In this document: positions 19,058-27,099 of the stretch, in pieces
Numbering within the stretch: position 1 is the stretch's first letter
Layout of the letters: every line of letters starts with the position of its first letter
From: Promethearchaeota archaeon
Lineage (GTDB): Archaea > Asgardarchaeota > Lokiarchaeia > Sigyniarchaeales > SOKP01
DNA: 44,089 bases
Reading direction: 5' to 3'
NCBI GenBank assembly: GCA_030599585.1
Contig: JAUVNS010000025.1
Location: 1 to 44,089, forward strand
Translations under genes and position numbers: made by a program
Notes under the pieces: model-generated
Seen by the model: the letters and a program-made list of their open reading frames with translations, nothing else
The model's database searches: none
Told to the model about the DNA's origin: nothing

Positions 19058-20251
19058 ATGAAGTTAAACCAAGAAGAAAATGACATGCTTGAAGGGAAAT
19101 ACGGTAAATCTACGCAAAAAGCAATGGAGATTCTAACCACTCTCGGGGAGATTTTTGAAGCGGAAGACATGATTGAAATTCACAGCGTTCAAATAGCAGG
19201 TGTTTCCTATGCTAATTTAGGAGAAGCAGGTTTAGAATTTCTTACAGAAATGGCTGAAGATGGGAAAGTAAAAGTTTTAACGACATTAAATCCAGCAGGG
19301 ATGGATCGTGAAAACTGGCAAGTATTGGGAATAGACGAAGAGTTTGCCATCAATCAAAATCGAGCCATCGATGTTTTTGCTAAAATGGGAATTATAACTA
19401 CATGTTCTTGTACTCCATACCTTATAGGGAACGCCCCTCATTATGGTCAACATATAGCTTGGGCAGAAAGTAGTGCTGTTTGTTATTCTAATTCAGTTAT
19501 AGGTGCTCGAACGAATCGTGAAGGCGGGCCAAGTGCATTGGCGGCTGCTTTAACAGGAAGAACGCCTAATTACGGTTATCATTTAGAGAAAAATCGTCAT
19601 GGTGAAGTTTCAGTTTCGGTAAAAGCTCCAGTCAAAGGAACGGATGAATTTGGAGTGCTGGGAAAAATAATTGGCGACAAATTAGTTGAATTAGGGAAAA
19701 AAATTCCTTATATCACTGGAATCCCTTCAGCTACTGTTGAAGAACTCAAATCCTTTTGCGCTTCAGTTGCAACTTATGGAGGTACAGCATTATTCCATAT
19801 GGAAGGAATTACTCCTGAGTATAATAAATACCCAAAACCAAGCGATGTTAGGTTTGAAATTAATCAAAATAAGTTAGATTCTGCTCGTGCTGAACTAATA
19901 GACGAAGGAATAGAAATAGATTTTGTAAGTATAGGTTGTCCACACGCTTCAATTCACGAAATTGCTAACCTTGCAAAGCTTTTAGAAGGAAAAAATGTTA
20001 AAAAAGAATTCTGGATTACTACAGCTCGACCAACTAAAAAGATAGCAGACGAAGTAGGGTACACCAAAATTATTGAAGATGCTGGAGCTAAATTTGCTGC
20101 TGATACATGTTGCGTAGTCGCACCCATAAAGGGACGCTTCAAAGGAATTATGGTGGATTCAGCAAAAGCGTGTTATTACGGGCGCGCAAAAAACAAATTC
20201 AAAGTAAAAATTGGCACAATTGAGCAATGCGTCGAGGAGGCGACAAAATGA
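19058..20251 (+). CDS. Phosphomevalonate dehydratase large subunit (aconitase X catalytic, DUF521)
   Basis: AGVSY, TTLNP, TCSCTPY, WAESSA...NSV.GARTNREG, IGCPH, DTCCVVAP, DSAKACYY. Confidence 0.9.
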   Translation: MKLNQEENDMLEGKYGKSTQKAMEILTTLGEIFEAEDMIEIHSVQIAGVSYANLGEAGLEFLTEMAEDGKVKVLTTLNPAGMDRENWQVLGIDEEFAINQNRAIDVFAKMGIITTCSCTPYLIGNAPHYGQHIAWAESSAVCYSNSVIGARTNREGGPSALAAALTGRTPNYGYHLEKNRHGEVSVSVKAPVKGTDEFGVLGKIIGDKLVELGKKIPYITGIPSATVEELKSFCASVATYGGTALFHMEGITPEYNKYPKPSDVRFEINQNKLDSARAELIDEGIEIDFVSIGCPHASIHEIANLAKLLEGKNVKKEFWITTARPTKKIADEVGYTKIIEDAGAKFAADTCCVVAPIKGRFKGIMVDSAKACYYGRAKNKFKVKIGTIEQCVEEATK

Positions 20252-20637
20252 AGCTAAAAGGAAGAAAAGTTTATAAAGGAATAGCCGAAGCAGAAGCAAT
20301 AGTAACAAAAGATGGAATTTCGTTTTATGGTGGAGTAGATCCCGACACTGGAAAGGTTGTGGAAGTTGGTCACGAACTTGAGGGTCAAAGTATCACTGGA
20401 AAAGTTTTAGTTTTCCCTACTGGTAAAGGATCGACAGTAGGTTCTTATACGATGTATAGAATGAAGAAAAATAATACGGCTCCAGTAGCAATTGTAAATA
20501 AAGAAATCGATACAATCATAGCGGTCGGTTGTATAATCAGTGAAATTCCATGCGTGGATAAAATTAATATTGACGATATTAAAACCGGGCAACAATTAAT
20601 TGTAAATGGGAACGAAGGTACCGTGGAGCTGAAATAA
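20248..20637 (+). CDS. Phosphomevalonate dehydratase small subunit (aconitase X swivel, DUF126)
   Basis: ISFYGGVDP.TG, GKGSTVGSY; the ATG overlaps the upstream TGA (ATGA coupling). Confidence 0.9.
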   Translation: MKLKGRKVYKGIAEAEAIVTKDGISFYGGVDPDTGKVVEVGHELEGQSITGKVLVFPTGKGSTVGSYTMYRMKKNNTAPVAIVNKEIDTIIAVGCIISEIPCVDKINIDDIKTGQQLIVNGNEGTVELK

Positions 20638-21573
20638 ATGGGATTTGGAAAGGGATATGGCAAAACAATATTATTCGGCGAACATTTTGTCGTTTATGGA
20701 TTCCCTGCAATTGCATCTGCGTTAAGCTCCTATACCACCGCCGAAGTTAAAATCGTCGTTGGAAAAGGTTGGGAAGTTATCGATCAGCGTCCTGCCACTC
20801 CGGGCTATAAGAAAAAAAAATACAACGAGGCAATGCAATCCATCAAAAATGTTATTGCACATATGAATGTTGATGTTGGATGCCAGAAACTTGAATTAAC
20901 TTTTTCTGGAGACTTATTTGCCGCCAGTGGTGTTGGGGCTTCTGCTGCACAAGCTACTTCCTTAGCCCGTGCAATAAATGATAGCTTTACTCTAATGTTG
21001 GATGACGAAAAGATTAACGATGCTGCCTACGAAGGTGAAAAAGCATATCATGGAACCCCTTCAGGAATAGATAACACCGCTTCTACTTATGGTGGATTGA
21101 TATGGTTTGTGAAAAATTTAGACGGTGGTAAAAATACAATGGAAAAACTCCGATCACCTGAAAAAATTCCGCTAGTAATCGCAAATACGGGAATCACCGC
21201 CTCAACTACAGAAGTGGTTGCTGATGTTAAACGCTTGAAAGAATCAAATCCTGAAAAATTCGAGAATATCTTTAAAGAGTATAAAATTCTTTCTGAAAAA
21301 GCCAAAAAAGCATTGCTCGAAAGCGACAGGAGCCTTATTGGTAAATTAATGAACCAAAATCATAAATTACTTCAAGATATTACGGTTTCAAGTGAAATTA
21401 ATGATAAATTAGTAGGAATTGCGTTAGATAATGGAGCATTAGGCGCAAAGATGACAGGAACTGGGCGGGGTGGATTAGTTATTGCGTTAGCCGAAAACGA
21501 CGAAGTCCAGAAAAATATTACTAATGCCATAGAAATGAAAGGCTACGATGCCTGGAAAACAATGATAGGATAA
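20638..21573 (+). CDS. mvk: Mevalonate kinase
   Basis: GKTILFGEHFVVYG, SGVGASAA, HGTPSGID, GAKMTGTGRGG. Confidence 0.93.
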   Translation: MGFGKGYGKTILFGEHFVVYGFPAIASALSSYTTAEVKIVVGKGWEVIDQRPATPGYKKKKYNEAMQSIKNVIAHMNVDVGCQKLELTFSGDLFAASGVGASAAQATSLARAINDSFTLMLDDEKINDAAYEGEKAYHGTPSGIDNTASTYGGLIWFVKNLDGGKNTMEKLRSPEKIPLVIANTGITASTTEVVADVKRLKESNPEKFENIFKEYKILSEKAKKALLESDRSLIGKLMNQNHKLLQDITVSSEINDKLVGIALDNGALGAKMTGTGRGGLVIALAENDEVQKNITNAIEMKGYDAWKTMIG

Positions 21574-21586
21574 GTGTTAGCCAAAA

Positions 21587-22402
21587 TTGAATGCTAAAAA
21601 TAGTGTTATTCTTTTAAAGTTAGGGGGTGGGTTACTCACTGATAAAAATAAACCATTATCCATCAGAGAGGATATTGTCAAAAGTGCTGTTAAACAAATA
21701 ATTGATGCGAATGAAAAAATCATACTAATTCACGGTGGAGGGTCGTTTGGTCATCCTTTAGCAAAAAAATATAGTATTTCTAATGGAATTGATAAAACTA
21801 TACCTAATCAAATACTTGGAGTAGCTGAAACTCATCACGCAATGGTTAAATTCAATTCGTATTTAATCAACCAATTTTTAAAGAATAATTACCCTATTCT
21901 ATCGTTTCAAACTTCCAGTATATTTACTAAGGATTCTGAAGTTATCTCAACTAAATCTCTTGATGCTATTGAAATTGCTTTAGATCTCGATATAATGCCG
22001 ATACTTTACGGTGATATTATACTTGATAAGCAAGGTTCCTTCTCGATTATTTCCGGAGATCAAATAATTTTAGCGTTATGTGAAAATCTAAATAACTACA
22101 ACATCTCAAAAGTAGTTTTTGCTATGGAATCAGATGGATTATATATCGTTGATAACGATAATAGTGAGAATTGTAAATTAGTTACAGATTGCTATTCCAA
22201 CGAATTAGACCGTTTAAATTTAGCAGATCTCGGTCAAAAGATAGATGTTACAGGTGGTATTAAGAGCAAACTCAATTTTATCAAGACAATTTGTAAATCC
22301 AAAATTCCCGTTCAATTATTAAACGGATTAATCGAAGGTTATATCCATAAATCATTAAAGAATCAAAATTTAAATTGTACAAATATATTAATTAAGGAAT
22401 AA
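21587..22402 (+). CDS. ipk: Isopentenyl phosphate kinase
   Basis: LKLGGGLLTDK, HGGGSFGH, ISGD, DVTGG. Confidence 0.92.
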   Translation: MNAKNSVILLKLGGGLLTDKNKPLSIREDIVKSAVKQIIDANEKIILIHGGGSFGHPLAKKYSISNGIDKTIPNQILGVAETHHAMVKFNSYLINQFLKNNYPILSFQTSSIFTKDSEVISTKSLDAIEIALDLDIMPILYGDIILDKQGSFSIISGDQIILALCENLNNYNISKVVFAMESDGLYIVDNDNSENCKLVTDCYSNELDRLNLADLGQKIDVTGGIKSKLNFIKTICKSKIPVQLLNGLIEGYIHKSLKNQNLNCTNILIKE

Positions 22403-22411
22403 TTTTGCAAT

Positions 22412-23536
22412 ATGACACGTAGTAAATTTGAAAAAGAGAATATGCCTGAACCAGAACAAACTAAAGAAATATTCAATAGAAAAGAAGAACATCTTAAAAT
22501 TCCTATAGAATATGATGTACAACATTCTATTAACTATTTTGAGGATATCAAACTAATTCATCACGCTATTCCTGAAATCGATCTAGAGGATATTGATCTC
22601 ACAGTAAATTTCTTTAATAAGCAAATTTCTGCGCCTATTTGCATTTCAGCTATAACTGGAGGGCATCCCGCCTCAAAGGATGTCAATAAGATCCTAGCCA
22701 AAGCTGCAGAAGAAGAAAATATCATCATGAGCGTTGGAAGTCAGCGAATTGGACTCGAAGATCCATCAACTATAGACTCTTTTAAAATCGTACGTGAATT
22801 TGCTCCTACTATTCCTGTTATAGGAAATCTGGGTTTAGGCCAAATAAGCTCAACTTATTTTAAACAAGAAGATTTGACTGCTTGTATCGATATGGTAAAT
22901 GCTGATGTTATGGCTATTCACCTAAATGCTTTACACGAACTCGTTCAATATAAGGGAAATATCTCGTATAGGAATTTTAGACAAAATTTCAAGAAAATTA
23001 GAGAAAGTACTAAAATTCCTCTCCTCGCCAAAGAAGTGGGTACTGGAATTAACCAAACTCTTGCACTAGTGCTTGATGAGTTAGGCTTTGATGGGTTTGA
23101 CGTTGGAGGAACTGGTGGTACGAGCTTTGCTGCGATTGAATCAAAGCGTAATAATTTCGACAGCGATAAATATTCCAGAAACCCAGCAGATGTATTTAGG
23201 GAATGGGGAATTCCTACACCAGTCAGTATTGTCAATGTGCGAAAAGTATCCCAAAAATTAACTATTGCTACTGGTGGATTAAAGACCGGAATTGATATAG
23301 CTAAATCGATTGTACTCGGTGCAGATGTAGGTGGATTCGCTTATAAATTCTTAAAATCCTCATGGCAAGATAGAAAAAACGACACGATATCAAATACCGT
23401 AAGAGAAATAAGAACTTTAAAAAACGAATTACGCTCGAGTTTGTGGTTAATGAATTTAGGTAATTTAAGCGAATTGAAAAACAAACGGGAAAAATATGTT
23501 ATTCTCGGTAATTTATACTTTTGGTTAAATCAATAG
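22412..23536 (+). CDS. fni: Type 2 isopentenyl-diphosphate delta-isomerase
   Basis: RKEEHL, ITGG, VGSQR, IHLN..HE, KEVGTG, GGTSF, WGIPT, ATGG. Confidence 0.95.
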   Translation: MTRSKFEKENMPEPEQTKEIFNRKEEHLKIPIEYDVQHSINYFEDIKLIHHAIPEIDLEDIDLTVNFFNKQISAPICISAITGGHPASKDVNKILAKAAEEENIIMSVGSQRIGLEDPSTIDSFKIVREFAPTIPVIGNLGLGQISSTYFKQEDLTACIDMVNADVMAIHLNALHELVQYKGNISYRNFRQNFKKIRESTKIPLLAKEVGTGINQTLALVLDELGFDGFDVGGTGGTSFAAIESKRNNFDSDKYSRNPADVFREWGIPTPVSIVNVRKVSQKLTIATGGLKTGIDIAKSIVLGADVGGFAYKFLKSSWQDRKNDTISNTVREIRTLKNELRSSLWLMNLGNLSELKNKREKYVILGNLYFWLNQ

Positions 23537-23555
23537 CAATCTATTTTTATGTTAT

Positions 23556-24107
23556 CTACTTATCTCCCCATCTCTTGATATCGCTCTCAACACCAATGTG
23601 ATCAAGAATTCTCCCTACGAAATATTCGTTAAGTTCTTTGATACTTTTAGGTTTTATGTAATAAGATGGAATTGGTGGGGCAATAATAACTCCCAATCTT
23701 GATAGCTTTAGCATGTTTTCTAAGTGAATTGCGCTGAACGGACTTTCTCTTACAACTAAGATAAGTTTTCTTCGTTCTTTTATTATCACATCTGCTGCCC
23801 GAGTAATCAAATTATCTGCATAACCGTTAGCAATTGCTGCTAAAGTTTTCATAGAGCATGGAATTATTACCATAACGTTATTTTTATAAGAACCACTTGC
23901 AGGACCTGCTGTTAAATCGTCAACATCATAATATCTATCCGACAATTCAATTATTTCACTTAACATATAATCAGTTTCAATGGTAATGATTTTTTCGGCT
24001 ACTTTTGTTATAATCAGTTCTGTCTTTAATCCTTTTTTCTTCAATTGTTGGAGCAAAATTACAGCTAAATCAACACCACTAGCACCTGTAATTGCAACGA
24101 GTACCAA
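23556..24107 (-). CDS. ubiX: Flavin prenyltransferase UbiX
   Basis: ITGASG, ASGS, PCSMKTLAAIA.G..DNLITRAADV..KERR.L...RESP; AGGTGA Shine-Dalgarno. Confidence 0.95.
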   Translation of the reverse strand: MVLVAITGASGVDLAVILLQQLKKKGLKTELIITKVAEKIITIETDYMLSEIIELSDRYYDVDDLTAGPASGSYKNNVMVIIPCSMKTLAAIANGYADNLITRAADVIIKERRKLILVVRESPFSAIHLENMLKLSRLGVIIAPPIPSYYIKPKSIKELNEYFVGRILDHIGVESDIKRWGDK

Positions 24108-24124
24108 ATATTATCACCTTATAA

Positions 24125-25168
24125 TTAGAATTTTCTTTCTAAGACAAATTTTAGTAAATTTTCAAAAAATTCGATTTCAGATTCGTTCACAACTGGTTTC
24201 AATTTCCCAAGTGCATCTGATGCTTCATCGTAATACTTAGAAGCGAGTTTTTTACATGAATTGATTGCATCTGCTTCCTTAAATAAATCTCTTACTTCTT
24301 CGACTTCTTCGTTGCTCATATCTGATTTCGACAATAAGTTTACTAAATGCTCCTTATCTTTTAAATCTAAATTATCCATCGCTTTAATTAATAAACATGT
24401 GTGTTTACCTTCGCGAATATCTCCGTCTGTAGGTTTTCCAGTTACCTTTTCGTCCCCAAATGTTCCTAAGATATCATCAATTATTTGAAAAATAATCCCT
24501 AAGTTTACACCATAAGTTGAAAGATGAGTAGTGTATTCTTTCTCGAGCTTTGCGTAGCTTGCTCCAATTAAAAGTGATTTTTCAATGAGGGCTCCAGTTT
24601 TAAGCGAAATCATACTGATGTAATCATCCATTGATAGTTTTTTCTGATTTACCATTTCGATTTCAATCAAAACGCCATGAATTACCTCAGTAAAAGCCTG
24701 TCTGTAATATCGAATTGAATTAAGATTCAACTCCATCGGAAAAGTTTTATTGAAGTAAGCCGTTGAGCCCACAATAAACGCTGTATCTCCCCCAATAATG
24801 CCTATACTGCTTCCAAAATCTGCAGCAGTCATTTTCTTAAACTGAAATTTCGAGTGATACAGCGCAAACTTATAGTGGAACGCAGGTTTCCCGCGTCGAA
24901 AATTGTCCTTGTCTATGATATCGTCATGAATTAAAGTCGCATTATGTAGAAATTCTATCCCTACGCTAGGAACAACAATTTCATCTTCCGTTGTATTTGT
25001 AATCCCATTATATGCGGCGATAGTAAGCAACGGTCTGATTCTTTTGCCTCCTGCTAAAAAATAATCTTTCATCTCAGAATAGTAATCTATTAAAAATTTG
25101 TTTTTCATTTCGTCTATTATTTTATCAAATATGGAAGCAATTGCTACATTAATTTTGGGCTTATACAA
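24125..25168 (-). CDS. trans-polyprenyl diphosphate synthase (IdsA/GGPPS family; product chain length uncertain)
   Basis: GGKRIRP, LIHDDIID..FRRG, KTGAL, FQIIDDILG, TGKP..GDIREGK. Confidence 0.92.
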   Translation of the reverse strand: MYKPKINVAIASIFDKIIDEMKNKFLIDYYSEMKDYFLAGGKRIRPLLTIAAYNGITNTTEDEIVVPSVGIEFLHNATLIHDDIIDKDNFRRGKPAFHYKFALYHSKFQFKKMTAADFGSSIGIIGGDTAFIVGSTAYFNKTFPMELNLNSIRYYRQAFTEVIHGVLIEIEMVNQKKLSMDDYISMISLKTGALIEKSLLIGASYAKLEKEYTTHLSTYGVNLGIIFQIIDDILGTFGDEKVTGKPTDGDIREGKHTCLLIKAMDNLDLKDKEHLVNLLSKSDMSNEEVEEVRDLFKEADAINSCKKLASKYYDEASDALGKLKPVVNESEIEFFENLLKFVLERKF

Positions 25169-25202
25169 TTTTGTGTAAGGTAAAAATTTGATATTTTATC
25201 AC

Positions 25203-26312
25203 CTAATCTAATAATTTTTTCATAACTATTTCGGAAGCACGGTGCTTTTCCCATAATTTTAAAAATTTCTTTAAACTCTCATCATCTTTGAAAATTTTGT
25301 CTCTAGCTATTCTTTTTGCTTTTAGTATCTTGAGAAATCTCCGATCTAACGACTTTTCGTAAGTGGTTCCTAACTTATCGAGTCTGTCTTTTTTCTCGCA
25401 AGACTTTATCGTTTCGATAGCGATTTGACCAGACATCATAGCATAGGGTATTCCCTTTCCGCTTATAGGATCGACCATTCCCCCTGCATCGCCCACAGCA
25501 AACACATTATCTTCATAAAGTTTTGGCCTAACTCCTACGGGAATTAAATGAGGCTTAAAGATTTCCATTGTGGAATTTTTCAAAGCTTCCTTTACATATG
25601 GAAGCATCCAAAATTTTTCAAACTCTTTTCTTGAATTCTTTACTAAATCAATCTGGTTTCCCCATCCAACGGTTATTTTGTCCGTTTTTGGAAACAACCA
25701 AGCATAGCCCACAGGTATTAAGTCTTTAATCCCAAAAAATAAGTGAACCGTATCATGTCCAAGAATTTTATCAATATAAGATTTAGTTGTCTTCATTTCT
25801 TTAGTAATCGTTAATATAACATCTTGACTCTTGAAAAAAGGCCACCCTAAGAGTTTTAAAGTTGGAGAGGAAACCCCATCAGCGGCAATTACGTATTTTG
25901 CAGTATATTTATCTTTATTAGTACTAATTTCGTAAAAATCTTCAACTTTTTCAACATTAATCATAAGCTCGTTGTCTTTTATTAATGCTCCGCTATCGAC
26001 TGCCATGTCGGTTAAAAACTTATCAAAAGTGCTTCGCCAAACGACTGCGCCTTTACCTTTTTTAGAATAAGATTCTCCGTCAACATGGTGCAACTCTAAA
26101 GATTCAATTACCCTACCTATTTTTTCTTCAGGGTAGTTAATTTCTTCTATTAGTTCCCACGCAGCAGCTCCTCCACACGCTTTATATCTTCCTTTCTCAC
26201 CAAGTAGTTCTTTTTCAAGGGTGCAGGTCGAATATCCGTTTTCAGAAGCTACTTTAGCTGCAACAGAACCTCCTGGTCCTGCGCCTATAATAATAATATC
26301 AAAATTTTTCAC
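25203..26312 (-). CDS. Geranylgeranyl reductase family FAD oxidoreductase
   Basis: IIGAGPGG, KACGG, AADG, PVGYAWLFP, VGDAGG.VDPISGKGI. Confidence 0.88.
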   Translation of the reverse strand: MKNFDIIIIGAGPGGSVAAKVASENGYSTCTLEKELLGEKGRYKACGGAAAWELIEEINYPEEKIGRVIESLELHHVDGESYSKKGKGAVVWRSTFDKFLTDMAVDSGALIKDNELMINVEKVEDFYEISTNKDKYTAKYVIAADGVSSPTLKLLGWPFFKSQDVILTITKEMKTTKSYIDKILGHDTVHLFFGIKDLIPVGYAWLFPKTDKITVGWGNQIDLVKNSRKEFEKFWMLPYVKEALKNSTMEIFKPHLIPVGVRPKLYEDNVFAVGDAGGMVDPISGKGIPYAMMSGQIAIETIKSCEKKDRLDKLGTTYEKSLDRRFLKILKAKRIARDKIFKDDESLKKFLKLWEKHRASEIVMKKLLD

Positions 26313-26475
26313 AAGTTTTTCGACCTTTTATTTTATTTCGAAGTTAGCTAAAAAGTTGCTGATACTATAAAAAGAGTATCACATAACCAATAATATTAGA
26401 AATAGATATATTTTGAAGTGGGTTTGGAGATTTCTAAAAAATAAATTTCGAAATATAAATAATTCTGGCTGTATT

Positions 26476-27066
26476 TTATATTAATTCGAAATCATTTGTT
26501 TGCTGAGATAATCTAGTTAAAAATTTCTTCATTTCATACATCCTCACATTACCCATTTCTTTGGCTGCTGTCGTATATAGTTGTAGTGGCAACTCATCAT
26601 GGAACTTTTGAATAAGAAAAATTGCGCTTTTTAAGTCAGGAGTCCAATCTTCCTTTCCTACAATTGCAAGTATTCTTGAAATACCTATAGTACCCATGAA
26701 GTCGAGAGTGTCCGCATCGTGAAAAGTTCTAGACTCGTTTATATCAGAAGGTTTAGCATAAAACATATGACCACTAATAATGTCTTTGACGAGACCGATT
26801 TTTTCTTTTGGAAAATCTACAGATAGGAGTATTTCTGAGCAGTTCTCGATTGCGACATCTGAGTGATCTTTTCCTTTTTTACTATATGGTTCGAATGCTC
26901 CAATATCATGTAAATAAGCAGCAGCGAATAATGAATCATTATCTACGTCTAAATCTTGCTTCTCAGCTAATTTAATCGCTAATTCGTAAACTCTTTGAAA
27001 ATGAGTTATTCCCCATGCTGGGTGTGTAAATGGTTTAACAAACTCGAGAAGTTTTGCTTTCCACAT
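26476..27066 (-). CDS. HD-domain metal-dependent phosphohydrolase
   Basis: H..RV, AAYLHDIG, DHS, HDADTLD.MG..GI.R. Confidence 0.88.
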   Translation of the reverse strand: MWKAKLLEFVKPFTHPAWGITHFQRVYELAIKLAEKQDLDVDNDSLFAAAYLHDIGAFEPYSKKGKDHSDVAIENCSEILLSVDFPKEKIGLVKDIISGHMFYAKPSDINESRTFHDADTLDFMGTIGISRILAIVGKEDWTPDLKSAIFLIQKFHDELPLQLYTTAAKEMGNVRMYEMKKFLTRLSQQTNDFELI

Positions 27067-27099
27067 TTGTTGGTTATCACCTAATTCTTGTCACAAAGA

